NCBI GenBank assembly: GCA_038207085.1
Contig: JBBRAE010000006.1
Location: 65,818-129,817, forward strand
Source: Armatimonadota bacterium
GTDB lineage: Bacteria > Armatimonadota > UBA5829 > DTLH01
DNA: 64,000 nucleotides
Reading direction: 5' to 3'
The notes beneath the pieces are model-generated. The model was not told the origin of the DNA. It ran no database searches and worked only from the letters and a program-made list of their open reading frames with translations. Of the stretch, positions 28,559-38,417 are shown piece by piece. Position 1 is the first letter of the stretch. Each line of letters begins with the position of its first letter. The translations under genes were made by a program, and so were the position numbers.

Positions 28559-30022
28559 ATGCCTGATGCGTCGGCGGCTGCGGGGATCCTGGCGACGGGA
28601 GCCGTGCAAGCCGGGGCAGCAGAAGGCGGAAACAGCGGAGGGTCCGAGTTTCAGGGGTTGGTCGAAAAGCTGATGCAGGGACTTCAAGAACATTCTGGAG
28701 TCGAGAAACAGGCCGGACAGCAGGTCGGAACTGAGACGCAGGAGAAACCGGAAACAACGGTCGATCCAGCGGCGCAGTTAGCCTTCCTGTTGGGGTCTAT
28801 GGGAGTGGTTCAGCCGGTGACTGAAAAAGCGCCGGATGAAGTTACAGTCGCTCCCAGCGAGACAGTTCCAGTGGCAATCGAAGCCTTGACAACTCAGCAG
28901 ATCGCGCCAACGCCGGGGACAGAGACCACGGAGCAGGCGGAGACGCCTGCAGAAGAATCGACCAGCACGCCGCTTGAAACGGGTGCAACAGCAATACCCC
29001 AAAAGGGTGAGGCATTGGCGCAGCCGGGCGTCACTCAACCGGCGTACGCACAGGCCGTCGCGGCGGCAACTCAGGTGGCCGAACAGGCTCCCATCGTGGA
29101 GAACGAGAAGACCACCGACGCACAGCAAGTCGTCGCGCAGACGACCGAAACTGTGGCGCAACCCGACGTGTCGGAGTCCGGCAAGACTGACGCCCAAAAG
29201 GCTGAAGACAAAGACACCGGTGCAGAACGAAAGGCGGAGGAACATCCTCTGTTTGACGCTGCGCGGGAAGGGCTCCTTGTCGGCGCTGCCCTGGAGAACA
29301 GGGTTGGAACCGTCGATGCCAAGGCCGCGCAGGCCAAGGCTGATGCGGCGGGCGTGAGTGGGGGGATTGATTCGGCGCTTTCGAGCAACAAGACGGATGA
29401 GATTCCTGCAGTTGAGTCCAAGGCAGAAGGCCAAGATACGTCGTCGGCTGGTCAGCAACAGGCGGCGACCAATTTCGCCCCGACCTTTGAGATGAAACAT
29501 ACGGCTGAGAAGGTCGCTGAACCGACCGGAGTGGGGCAGAACGTCCCTCAGCCCGAACAAACTATGAGCGCGCGGATGATGAACCAGATCGTGCGCTCGG
29601 TGAAGACTCACACCTTTGAAGGTGGAGCTGAAATGACGCTTCGGCTCGATCCGCCGCACCTTGGGCAGATCCAGATGAACGTTGCAGTCGCAGACGGCGC
29701 GGTTACCGCGTCGCTCAAGACGAGCACGGAGTCGGCGCGCCAGATTCTTCAGTCGGACCTTGGAAGTCTGAAGCAGATGCTCGCAGACGCCGGGGTCAAA
29801 GTGGACCAGGTGGATGTCTCAGTAAGCACCAACCTGCATCAGCAGGCGTGGAACCCGTATTCGGGTTCACAGAACGACGCTGCGGGGCATGGGCAGGGTC
29901 GCTCGGCGGGTTGGAGCGGAGCGCGAGGGCTTGGCGCAAACGCGGGGCCTGAGCTTCTCGGGGCTGCGGCGGCGCAGGCTCAAACGAGCTACGCAAGCGG
30001 ACAGATAAACTTCCTGGCCTAG
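28559..30022 (+). CDS. fliK: flagellar hook-length control protein FliK
   Basis: Ala/Gln/Thr/Glu-rich low-complexity N-terminal two-thirds. The C-terminal Flg_hook domain reads MTLRLDPPHLGQIQMNVAVADGAVTASLKTSTESARQIL. Confidence 0.75.
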   Translation: MPDASAAAGILATGAVQAGAAEGGNSGGSEFQGLVEKLMQGLQEHSGVEKQAGQQVGTETQEKPETTVDPAAQLAFLLGSMGVVQPVTEKAPDEVTVAPSETVPVAIEALTTQQIAPTPGTETTEQAETPAEESTSTPLETGATAIPQKGEALAQPGVTQPAYAQAVAAATQVAEQAPIVENEKTTDAQQVVAQTTETVAQPDVSESGKTDAQKAEDKDTGAERKAEEHPLFDAAREGLLVGAALENRVGTVDAKAAQAKADAAGVSGGIDSALSSNKTDEIPAVESKAEGQDTSSAGQQQAATNFAPTFEMKHTAEKVAEPTGVGQNVPQPEQTMSARMMNQIVRSVKTHTFEGGAEMTLRLDPPHLGQIQMNVAVADGAVTASLKTSTESARQILQSDLGSLKQMLADAGVKVDQVDVSVSTNLHQQAWNPYSGSQNDAAGHGQGRSAGWSGARGLGANAGPELLGAAAAQAQTSYASGQINFLA

Positions 30023-30183
30023 TGTCGGATCAGCTTGATTCTTGTGCATTGGCAACTGTTGCTACGAAGCATCGCACGCGGCAGATACCGATGGACAAAG
30101 CACAATATTCAAGATAAGCGTGCACTAGACTCAGGAAGCTTCTTTGGGGCGGACTCTTTTGGGTTCGCCCCACAAATGGAGGA

Positions 30184-30840
30184 ATGGATTTGAATACATC
30201 AGCAGTAAGCGGATCTTCGGGTTCTTTGATGTCGAGCACCGGCACGGGTGCGCTTGACAGAAACGCATTCCTGAAGCTGCTCATAACCCAGATGTCCAAC
30301 CAGGACCCAATGAAGCCTACGGATGACACGGAGTTCGTCTCGCAGCTTGCTCAGTTCTCAAGCCTGGAGCAGATGCAGAATATGAACACCAACCTGGACA
30401 AGTTCGTCGGTGTTCAGACGCTCACTCAGGCTACGGGGTGGATCGGCAAGGCTATTCAGTGGGTCGATGCCGCCAGTGGCAAGAATGTCGCTGGGCAGGT
30501 AAAGAGTGTTACGTTTGAGGACGGGGTACCGAGTCTCGTTGTGCCGATGAACGTGAGCGTCAAGGGGAGCGACGGCAAATATACCCAGCAGATTCAGGAA
30601 TACAACGTCCCGATGAGCTCGGTGAACAACGTCTTTACTGTCGAAGAGACACAGACCGTGTCTTCAGCTCTAAGCTGGATCGGTCGAAATGTTACCGGCA
30701 CCGAACTTGGCGGGACGAAGACTATCACCGGCAAGGTCACGGGAGTTGAGTTCCGCAACGGGGTTACAGTTCTTAACATGAAAGTCGGTGACACCGATAA
30801 GCAGATCGCACTTGCGACTGTGCAGAAGGTGGCTGAGTAG
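30184..30840 (+). CDS. flgD: flagellar hook capping/assembly protein FlgD
   Basis: N-terminal LDRNAFLKLLITQMSNQDPMKPTDDTEFVSQLAQFSSLEQ is the FlgD signature. Confidence 0.85.
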   Translation: MDLNTSAVSGSSGSLMSSTGTGALDRNAFLKLLITQMSNQDPMKPTDDTEFVSQLAQFSSLEQMQNMNTNLDKFVGVQTLTQATGWIGKAIQWVDAASGKNVAGQVKSVTFEDGVPSLVVPMNVSVKGSDGKYTQQIQEYNVPMSSVNNVFTVEETQTVSSALSWIGRNVTGTELGGTKTITGKVTGVEFRNGVTVLNMKVGDTDKQIALATVQKVAE

Positions 30841-30866
30841 TCCGACAGTTTTACGTTAACTTGAAG

Positions 30867-30906
30867 CATGGGCCGGAGCAGACAATTTTGTTTGCTCCGG
30901 CCTTTT
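30867..30906 (+). terminator. rho-independent terminator after flgD
   Basis: ggccggagca-gacaattttgtt-tgctccggcc forms a 10-bp GC-rich stem, followed by tttttctcgttt. Confidence 0.7.
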
Positions 30907-31145
30907 TCTCGTTTGCTACTAAAGATACAGGCTGGGAATGTCATTATCTACATGTGGCGCAGCTTGCGTCGTCGATGGTGTTATCACGATTGGAAATGCA
31001 AGCGGCAAAGGCGCGATTTATTGAATGAGGATGAGACTGAGACTGAGACTAGTCCGGGGGATTACTTATGGCGGTTTAATGGGAGTTTGATGGCGGGCTA
31101 CAGACCTGCAAAGATGGAACCGGGATTGCAATTTCGGGCAATCAC

Positions 31146-31694
31146 ATGGAGGTAGCTATGAAAGTTGAACAGATGAGCGGTCCTCTTGCCGGAAATAATG
31201 TGGGGGAGGGGCCTCGGGTAATCGGAGGCAAGTTCCTCACATTTTTTCTGGCAGGAGAAGAATACGGACTTGAGATTCTAAAAGTCCAGGAGATTATCGG
31301 GATGATGGCGATTACGCCAGTGCCCAGGACGCCTGAGTTCGTGCGGGGGGTCGTCAACCTGCGGGGCAAGGTGATTCCTGTCGTCGACCTCAGGCTGAAG
31401 CTTGAAATGCCGAGCATTGATGCGACCGAAGAGACTTGCATCATCTTTGTCAGGGCGCAGGGGATCGAGATGGGGATCATCGTCGACTCGGTCTCGGAAG
31501 TGCTGCACATGCCGACTACGGACATCGACCCTGCGCCGTCCTTTGGCGCGTGCGTCCGGTCCGACTATATTCTGGGGATCGGCAAAACCGACGGCAGCGT
31601 CAGGATTATCTTGGATGTGGACCGCGTGCTTACGGTGCAGGACGCAGCCGAGATCGTGGACGTGGCCGTTCCTGAAGAAGCATTGGCGGCGTAA
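31146..31694 (+). CDS. cheW: chemotaxis coupling protein CheW
   Basis: FLTFFLAGEEYGLEILKVQEIIGMMAITPVPRTPEFVRGVVNLRGKVIPVVDLR is the CheW domain. Confidence 0.85.
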   Translation: MEVAMKVEQMSGPLAGNNVGEGPRVIGGKFLTFFLAGEEYGLEILKVQEIIGMMAITPVPRTPEFVRGVVNLRGKVIPVVDLRLKLEMPSIDATEETCIIFVRAQGIEMGIIVDSVSEVLHMPTTDIDPAPSFGACVRSDYILGIGKTDGSVRIILDVDRVLTVQDAAEIVDVAVPEEALAA

Positions 31695-31806
31695 ATGAAG
31701 TATTGGCCTTAACCTGATTCTTTGTAAGGCTCTTCTTTGTGCGGCAGTCCAAGAGGTCTGAAGATCACAGCGATTCAATATCTCGACAGAGACGCAAAGG
31801 AGTGAG

Positions 31807-32310
31807 ATGTTAGTTCGTGAAAAGGGAGTAAAGCACGTCGTGGGGATCGCCGATATGAAGCTATCGGCCAGCGACGGTGACCAGATCATCACGCACGCTC
31901 TTGGCAGTTGCCTTGGAATTACGGTGTATGACCCGGTCGCGGGAGCTGGTGGCCTGCTTCATATCATGCTGCCAATGTCCACGATAGATCCTGCCAAAGC
32001 GGCGGACAATCCGTTGATGTTTGTAGACACCGGAGTGCCGTTGCTCTTCAAAGAGTGTTACAAGCTCGGCGCGCGCAAGGAGCGCATGGTAGTCAAGGTG
32101 GCAGGCGGCGCATGCCTGCACGGCAATGAGGATACCGATTTCTTTGGCATCGGCAAACGAAACTTCACGATGCTAAGGAAGCTGTTATGGAAAAACGGCG
32201 TGCTGCTCGAATCCTACGAGGTGGGAGGCGGCATATCTCGGACGATGTCCATGGATATCGGCTCGGGACAGGTGACGGTTCGGTCAAACAACGAAGTAAG
32301 ACCGCTTTGA
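31807..32310 (+). CDS. cheD: chemoreceptor glutamine deamidase CheD
   Basis: ITHALGSCLGITVYDPVAGAGGLLHIMLP, containing the catalytic Cys, is the CheD signature. Confidence 0.85.
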   Translation: MLVREKGVKHVVGIADMKLSASDGDQIITHALGSCLGITVYDPVAGAGGLLHIMLPMSTIDPAKAADNPLMFVDTGVPLLFKECYKLGARKERMVVKVAGGACLHGNEDTDFFGIGKRNFTMLRKLLWKNGVLLESYEVGGGISRTMSMDIGSGQVTVRSNNEVRPL

Positions 32311-32341
32311 CTTTTGTGAAGTTGACATAAGGAGTTAAGAC

Positions 32342-32770
32342 GTGGCACTGAATGTCCTGGTGGTGGACGACAGTCTGGTGATGAGATCGATGATAATCAA
32401 GACACTGCGCTTGAGCGGTATACCGCTTGGGGATGTGCTTCAGGCGTCAAATGGCGCTGAGGGGCTCGCGGTGCTTGATGAGAGCTGGATCGACCTGGCC
32501 CTGGTTGACATAAACATGCCCGTGATGAACGGGGAGGAGATGATCGACCGGGTGAGGCAGAACCCTGCGACGGCGGACCTGCCTGTGGTCGTAATCTCAA
32601 CCGAAAGCAGCGAGACCCGCATTGAGCTGCTTCAAAGAAAAGGCGCGGGGTTTGTACACAAGCCCTTTACCCCCGAGATACTGCGGGAGAAGATAATTAA
32701 CATAACTGGAGTCAGCGATGATTGCACATTCGGCGAAGGATCCGTGCAGAGCGACGGCTGCGACTTTTGA
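32342..32770 (+). CDS. cheY: CheY-like single-domain response regulator
   Basis: 142-aa receiver domain with VLVVDDS, phospho-acceptor LALVDINMPVMNG and KPF motifs. Confidence 0.8.
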   Translation: MALNVLVVDDSLVMRSMIIKTLRLSGIPLGDVLQASNGAEGLAVLDESWIDLALVDINMPVMNGEEMIDRVRQNPATADLPVVVISTESSETRIELLQRKGAGFVHKPFTPEILREKIINITGVSDDCTFGEGSVQSDGCDF

Positions 32771-33040
32771 GTAGCTTGGGTTTCTTTACCCAAGCCCCGA
32801 TATAGACGCCGAGCCGATACCGACTGCGAGGCGGTCGCAGGAGTGACGTTTTCCGGCCCGGTGAGCCGGCGGCCTCTGTGCGGCTGTCGCTTGATGAGGG
32901 GCAGGCCGACGTGAAGCTCTGCGTAGAGCGTCCGATCTATTTTCTTCACTTCGTAAAGGCCGGTGTTCGTCCCGGCCATTTTATTGTACGCCCCCGGAGG
33001 GCGGACACATTGGTCCGCCCCTACGTTCCCCAAACTAGCC

Positions 33041-33056
33041 TGGCACGGGAATTGCT
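33041..33056 (+). promoter_or_regulatory. sigma-54-type -24/-12 promoter element upstream of flg_new/flgE
   Basis: tGGcacgggaatTGCt. It shares a roughly 40-bp context (ccccaaactagccTGGCACGG.AATTGCTgtaatagac) with the 21430 copy and sits 100 nt upstream of the 33158 ORF. Confidence 0.55.
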
Positions 33057-33157
33057 GTAATAGACCCGAGGCGAATGGACCGCGTTTGTGATGCGAACAA
33101 GACAAGCATCAAACGCTCGATCAGACGGGCGAAATCTACTATGCGCGGTGGTGAGGC

Positions 33158-33535
33158 ATGATAAACAGAGTTAACCTCACAAGTCCAATACGGAGCGTTC
33201 AAGGTGGGGCACAAACTCCCAACGGCACTTCCAAGCCGGGGAACTTTGCCGCAACACTTGCACGCGAGACAGAGCGGCAGCAGTCGCTCAAGATATCCTC
33301 TCACGCCCAAAAGCGCCTCAACTCGTCTCAGGTGACGCTTAGTGACCAGGACATGCAGCGGATCGACGGAGCGGTTAGCCGGGCCGGTGAAAAGGGCTCA
33401 AACCAGTCGCTGATCATGCTCGACAACCTGGCGCTTGTAGTGAGCGTCAAGAACCGTGTCGTCATCACGGCGGTCGACGAGGCGCGTCAAAGCGAGGGAG
33501 TATTCACAAATATCGACAGCGTGGTTATCGCTTAG
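33158..33535 (+). CDS. flagellar operon protein, small (TIGR02530/flg_new-like), immediately upstream of flgE
   Basis: 125-aa ORF located between flgD/che genes and flgE. Its size and position match the Firmicute/Spirochaete flagellar operon protein. The family assignment is from memory only. Confidence 0.45.
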   Translation: MINRVNLTSPIRSVQGGAQTPNGTSKPGNFAATLARETERQQSLKISSHAQKRLNSSQVTLSDQDMQRIDGAVSRAGEKGSNQSLIMLDNLALVVSVKNRVVITAVDEARQSEGVFTNIDSVVIA

Positions 33536-33709
33536 CGAGGAGGCAGTTCAAAAACAAATTTCTTGACAACCAGCTCAGGGCAGGATGATCCCAGAGCCAG
33601 ATGAGCCGGACCTCGAACGAGGAGGCTCCGCGCATGGCCGCTACTCGGTCGGCGCAAAATGAGTAGGGTCTGATACTTCAGGCCCAAATCCATGGAGGTC
33701 AATTAACAA

Positions 33710-34972
33710 ATGATTCAGGCGATGTATAACAGCGTTTCCGGTCTGCGGGCGCATAAGCAGGAGATGGACGTTATCGCGAACAATATCGCGAACGTAAATA
33801 CAGTCGGCTTCAAATCGAGCCGAGCTACATTCAAAGAAATGCTGAGTGAAACTCTAAGAGGCGCAACAGCCCCTAAGGCAAACTCCGCAGGTGGCTCGGT
33901 CGGTGGAACCAACCCCGTGCAGGTTGGTCTTGGAACCACTATCGGTTCTATCGATTCCAACATGACGCAGGGGTCGCTCCTGGCAACAGGCAAACCCACC
34001 GACGTCGCAATTGAAGGCAACGGCTTTCTGATGCTTGGAGACGGTGTTGGGAAATACTACACAAGAGACGGCGCGTTCCAGCTTGACGCAGAAGGCAACG
34101 TGGTCGCAGCGGGCTCGGGGCTTAAGGTTCTGGGGTGGAGCGCCGACCCGACAACGGGCATCATCGATGATACCCAGCCGATCACCCCGAGCACGGGGCT
34201 CAAACTGCAGGTCGGACACCTTGCGATGGCAAGACAGACCTCGGAGATGGCATTCAGCGGAAACCTGAACTCTTCGACTCCTGCAGGTGAGATATACGCG
34301 ACAGGCGCACAGATCTACGACTCGCTCGGCACGCGCCATAACCTGAACATCAAGTTTACCAAGCTCGGCGGGCCAGGCCAGTGGTTCTGGGAGGCGACAA
34401 GTCCCGACCAGGCCGTTGGGTCGACCGCAGGAAACGGCACCATTTCGTTTGGCGCCGACGGCCGCTGTCTTACCGGGAGTGGGTCGGCCGTTCTTACCCT
34501 CGCAAACGCCAACGGAGCGGTGAACCCGCTTCGCGTCGCTCTTGATTTTTCGCCGATGAAACAGCTTTCCGGTGACGCTACGGCAAGTCCTACTTCCCAG
34601 GATGGTTTGTCCCTGGGTGTTCTTGCGAGTTTTTCGGTTGGTAAGGACGGAGTCGTCTCCGGTATGTTTACCAACGGTCTTACACAGAAGCTGGCGAAAA
34701 TCGCCCTTGCTCAGTTCAGCAACCCTGCAGGTCTCGCAAGGTCCGGTAACAACCAGCTCACAGAAACAAGCAACTCCGGCCTGCCGCAGATAGGTCAGCC
34801 TGGAGCGGGAAGCCTTGGAGCCATAGCCGCAGGCTTCCTTGAGTCATCGAATGTCGACCTGCCAACGGAGTTCGCCAACATGATCGTCGCACAGCGCGGC
34901 TTCCAGGCAAACTCACGAGTCATCACGACATCAGATGAACTCCTCCAGGAACTGGTTCAGCTGAAGCGGTAA
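33710..34972 (+). CDS. flgE: flagellar hook protein FlgE
   Basis: MIQAMYNSVSGLRAHKQEMDVIANNIANVNTVGFK N-terminus and C-terminal ANMIVAQRGFQANSRVITTSDELLQELVQLK. Length is 420 aa. Confidence 0.85.
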   Translation: MIQAMYNSVSGLRAHKQEMDVIANNIANVNTVGFKSSRATFKEMLSETLRGATAPKANSAGGSVGGTNPVQVGLGTTIGSIDSNMTQGSLLATGKPTDVAIEGNGFLMLGDGVGKYYTRDGAFQLDAEGNVVAAGSGLKVLGWSADPTTGIIDDTQPITPSTGLKLQVGHLAMARQTSEMAFSGNLNSSTPAGEIYATGAQIYDSLGTRHNLNIKFTKLGGPGQWFWEATSPDQAVGSTAGNGTISFGADGRCLTGSGSAVLTLANANGAVNPLRVALDFSPMKQLSGDATASPTSQDGLSLGVLASFSVGKDGVVSGMFTNGLTQKLAKIALAQFSNPAGLARSGNNQLTETSNSGLPQIGQPGAGSLGAIAAGFLESSNVDLPTEFANMIVAQRGFQANSRVITTSDELLQELVQLKR

Positions 34973-34981
34973 TAGCCGCCT

Positions 34982-35018
34982 TGAGTAGCCCGCCTCGGGT
35001 GCGGGCTACTCTATTTTA
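34982..35018 (+). terminator. rho-independent terminator after flgE
   Basis: gagtagcccgc-ctcgggt-gcgggctactc forms an 11-bp stem, followed by tattttaaa. Confidence 0.65.
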
Positions 35019-35030
35019 AAGGAATATCTG

Positions 35031-35249
35031 ATGATACATGTTCATCTACTCAACGATAACAAGATAGTGCTTAACTCCGACCTGATCGAGATGATCGAGG
35101 CGACGCCGGACACGGTAATATCGCTTTCGACTGGCAAAAAGGTGATAATTCGGGAGTCGGTGGAGGAGTTGATCTCTATGGTGGTCGAATATCGCAAAAT
35201 GCTCACTCGGCCTATCGAGGAGCGCTGCCAAGAGAAGAAGGCCGCTTAA
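35031..35249 (+). CDS. flbD: flagellar protein FlbD
   Basis: 72-aa product MIHVHLLNDNKIVLNSDLIEMIEATPDTVISLSTGKKVIIRESVEELI, the FlbD family, located just before motA. Confidence 0.8.
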   Translation: MIHVHLLNDNKIVLNSDLIEMIEATPDTVISLSTGKKVIIRESVEELISMVVEYRKMLTRPIEERCQEKKAA

Positions 35250-35254
35250 GACTT

Positions 35255-36043
35255 ATGGACTTCGCAACAATAATCGGACTAATTCTTGCATGGGGCGCGC
35301 TTACCGTTGCGCTTGTGATGGAAGGTGGCAAGGCTGATACTCTGATCAATCCTTCGGCGCTCATTCTGGTGCTCGGTGGGACGGTCGGGGCTACGCTCGT
35401 GTCGTTCTCGATCAAGCAAGTCGGCAGCCTGCCCTCTATTGTGAGGAACGCGTTCTTCACCGAGGACAGTGACCCGGCGCAGGTCATCAGGATGATGGTG
35501 GCCTTCGCAAGGCGCGCGCGGCGCGACGGGATCCTGGCCCTTGAAGAAGAGGTTCGCCGCGTCGACAACCGTTTTCTTCGCAAAGGCGTGCGGCTGGTGA
35601 TCGATGGGACCCCCTCTGAGATGGTGCGGGAGATCCTTGAGACCGAGATCGTGTCGCTTCAGGAACGGCACAAAGTGGGCGAGCAGATGTTTTCTACAAT
35701 GGGAGGCTTTGCGCCGACCCTTGGGATCATCGGCACTGTCATGGGCCTCATCCATATGCTTAACAACCTGAACGAGCCTGCGAAAATGGGCCCGGCTATA
35801 GCGACCGCGTTTGTCGCGACGCTCTACGGTGTTGCGCTCGCGAACCTGGTATTTTTGCCTATATCAGCTAAGCTCAAAGTAAGGACGAGCGAGGAAATTC
35901 TTTCCTACGATATGATGCTTGAAGGGATTCTTTCGATCCAAGCCGGGGACAACCCCCGTATGGTCGAGACCAAGATGCTTGCTTATCTGCCGCCGAAGTT
36001 GCGATGGGAGATGGTGAGCAAGGACGTGGCAAAGGCGGCTTAG
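35255..36043 (+). CDS. motA: flagellar motor stator protein MotA
   Basis: Four-TM MotA/TolQ/ExbB-type protein, with MGGFAPTLGIIGTVMGLIHML in the TM3-4 region. Confidence 0.9.
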   Translation: MDFATIIGLILAWGALTVALVMEGGKADTLINPSALILVLGGTVGATLVSFSIKQVGSLPSIVRNAFFTEDSDPAQVIRMMVAFARRARRDGILALEEEVRRVDNRFLRKGVRLVIDGTPSEMVREILETEIVSLQERHKVGEQMFSTMGGFAPTLGIIGTVMGLIHMLNNLNEPAKMGPAIATAFVATLYGVALANLVFLPISAKLKVRTSEEILSYDMMLEGILSIQAGDNPRMVETKMLAYLPPKLRWEMVSKDVAKAA

Positions 36044-36044
36044 A

Positions 36045-36785
36045 TTGGCGCGGCGAGTGAGAGATTTCGGTGATACAGGAGGGCACGACGGTGGAGGATC
36101 ACTTCGCTGGCTGCTCACTTACGCCGATATGATCACGCTTCTGATGGCGTTTTTTATAATGCTCTACTCGATGTCGGTGATCAATATGAACAGGTTTCGG
36201 CAGGTCGCCGTATCGATCAAGAGCGGGTTCGGAGGCACCGGAAACGCTGAAGGCAAGTCGGGCAAGGCGAGTGGGTTCAAGCTCGATGGCCTGGAGATTC
36301 GTGACGGGGTCGCCGGAGTCCCCTGGAGTGTGGTCCGCAAGATACAGAAGCGGGTGGAAGCCAAGGGGCTCGAGAAATACGTGAAGTTCAGGGGCGACGA
36401 GCGCGGGCTGATAGTCAGTCTCGCGACGGACAAGGTGCTCTTTCCGAAGGGTCAGGCGGAGCTATCGCCAAAAGCTCTGCAGATCATAGATGCGGTCGCC
36501 GATGCGGTGCGCGGGATACCGAACACTATAAGCGTCGAGGGCCACACCTGCGATTTGCCGGTGGTAAGCGAGAAATACCCATCGAACTGGGAGCTTTCGA
36601 CCTCGCGGGCGACCGCGGTGGTGCGCCACTTCGTGGAGGAAGCGTGGATATCGCCGGAGCGCCTCAGCGCCGCGGGATACGCCGACAGCAAACCGCTTGT
36701 GCCGAACACGTCGGAAAAGAATCGGTCTTTGAACCGAAGAGTAGACATAATAATTCTAAACTCCGGTTATCCGGGTGAAAGGTGA
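36045..36785 (+). CDS. motB: flagellar motor stator protein MotB (OmpA-like)
   Basis: N-terminal WLLTYADMITLLMAFFIM TM segment with the conserved Asp, and a C-terminal OmpA peptidoglycan-binding domain (AAGYADSKPL...NRSLNRRVDII). Confidence 0.9.
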   Translation: MARRVRDFGDTGGHDGGGSLRWLLTYADMITLLMAFFIMLYSMSVINMNRFRQVAVSIKSGFGGTGNAEGKSGKASGFKLDGLEIRDGVAGVPWSVVRKIQKRVEAKGLEKYVKFRGDERGLIVSLATDKVLFPKGQAELSPKALQIIDAVADAVRGIPNTISVEGHTCDLPVVSEKYPSNWELSTSRATAVVRHFVEEAWISPERLSAAGYADSKPLVPNTSEKNRSLNRRVDIIILNSGYPGER

Positions 36786-37258
36786 ATACAGTGAATCTGC
36801 TGAGAAGTAGGTCAGGCAAATTGCCGATCTTGATCATCATTATCCTCGGCGTTGTGCTCGTCGGAGGGCTTGGGGTGGTTAAGGTGATGAAGGGCAAAAA
36901 GCACGGGAAGCCCGAGAAGAAGCCGGTTGAACTCACTCTTTGGAAGATGGAGGAGTTTACCGTAAACCTAGCCGACAGTGACGAGCCCCACTACCTCAAG
37001 ATCAACATGGTAGCAGAGATCGAGGGCAAGAAGGAAGAGGCAGCAAAGGGCGGCCACGGAGGAGAGAGTGAGGCCTCGCCGGTCGATATCAAGGCCAGCG
37101 ATATCGTGATCTCTGTTCTTAGTGCAAAGTATTTTGAAGAACTGCTCACCGAAAAAGGCAAGGACAAGCTCAAAAGCGACTTGATCAAAAATCTGAACAA
37201 GTCAGTGCCGGGCGTCAAAGTGACGAACGTTTACTTTACATCATTTGCGATGCAATAA
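36782..37258 (+). CDS. fliL: flagellar basal body-associated protein FliL
   Basis: Single N-terminal TM (ILIIIILGVVLVGG) followed by FTVNLADSDEPHYLKINMVAEI, the FliL signature. Confidence 0.8.
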   Translation: MNTVNLLRSRSGKLPILIIIILGVVLVGGLGVVKVMKGKKHGKPEKKPVELTLWKMEEFTVNLADSDEPHYLKINMVAEIEGKKEEAAKGGHGGESEASPVDIKASDIVISVLSAKYFEELLTEKGKDKLKSDLIKNLNKSVPGVKVTNVYFTSFAMQ

Positions 37259-37357
37259 TCGCGATATTCACCTCCGTGGTCCTAATGGGCCACTCCCAGA
37301 GGCTGGCGCAGTAGCGCCACCAGGTGATGGCGCTAACTGCGCCGTTGGACTGATAGG

Positions 37358-38389
37358 TTGTATATTATGTCAACTGCAGAAAACCTGTCGCAAGAAGAGA
37401 TTATAGAGCTGGAGCAAGCCTTCGTGGCTAATGCGGCCCAGGCGAGCGACCGCACGGAGCGGGAAGTGCGTTCTTACGACTTCCTGCATCCGGACAAGCT
37501 GTCGAAGTCGCACCAGAGGGTGCTGCAATATATTCTATCCGGCCTTGATAAGTCGTGGAGCTCCACATTGTCTTCGTCGCTTCGCAAAGAGGTGATCGTG
37601 GAGCTGAGGTCGATCGAGCAGGCCAGCTTTTCGAGCTACTCGGAGTCATGCCAGAGTCCTGGAATGACGGTTGCGGTCAAGATTGAGCCACTCTCGGTGA
37701 CGGCGCTCTTTGATTATCCTGCGGCGTTTGCCCTTGGGATGGTCGATCGGTTGAGCGGCGGCAAAGGGAAGTGGCCCGGAGATCCGCGGTCGCTCACAGC
37801 GATGGAGGAGAAAATCCTCAAGAAGCTCGTTGGGCGAATGACCGAAGACTTTGCCAGGGTGTGGCGTCCGGTAGTGAGCATCGAATGCGAGGTGTCGGCT
37901 TTTCACCGTTCTCATGAGGACGTTGGGCTTGGTGAGGAGACTATGGTGCTTGTTGCGGGGTTTTCAGTCGGGATCGGCTACAACGAGCACAGGGTGAACC
38001 TCGCGATTCCGATGAGCGGTTTTGACTCGATTCGTGACAATCTGACGCCCGAGAACTGGGCAAGAAGCGAGATTGCTGCGGCGTCGTCGACTCCGACGGT
38101 TGTGCCCGGCGCGCCGATTTCGAATTTGCTTGGGCCGATCTCCATGCAGGCGGAGGTGGAGCTTGGCCGGGCCACTGTGACGATGCAGGACTTGCTCGGG
38201 ATTGCCGTAGGCGATGTGATCCGTCTGGACCGCGGGGTGGAAGACCACCTGGAGGTGCGGGTCGGCAGGCAGCACAAGTTTTGGGGAGTTCCGGGGATGT
38301 CGGGCGCGAAAATGGCGATCCGAATCACCGAAACCGTGCGCGATGAAGATGCCCGCGCAGACCTGGTGCAGAGTTTGGTTAGTGAATAG
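37358..38389 (+). CDS. fliM: flagellar motor switch protein FliM
   Basis: N-terminal CheY-P binding motif LSQEEIIELE (consensus LSQEEIDALL) and FliM middle domain. Confidence 0.9.
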   Translation: MYIMSTAENLSQEEIIELEQAFVANAAQASDRTEREVRSYDFLHPDKLSKSHQRVLQYILSGLDKSWSSTLSSSLRKEVIVELRSIEQASFSSYSESCQSPGMTVAVKIEPLSVTALFDYPAAFALGMVDRLSGGKGKWPGDPRSLTAMEEKILKKLVGRMTEDFARVWRPVVSIECEVSAFHRSHEDVGLGEETMVLVAGFSVGIGYNEHRVNLAIPMSGFDSIRDNLTPENWARSEIAAASSTPTVVPGAPISNLLGPISMQAEVELGRATVTMQDLLGIAVGDVIRLDRGVEDHLEVRVGRQHKFWGVPGMSGAKMAIRITETVRDEDARADLVQSLVSE

Positions 38390-38417
38390 TTTTTTAACCG
38401 AAAGGAAGTTGCAACAC

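Noticed and set aside
31033-31050. (GAGACT)3 hexanucleotide microsatellite upstream of cheW.
   Set aside because: Only three units and no obvious function. It is noted as a possible slippage site only.
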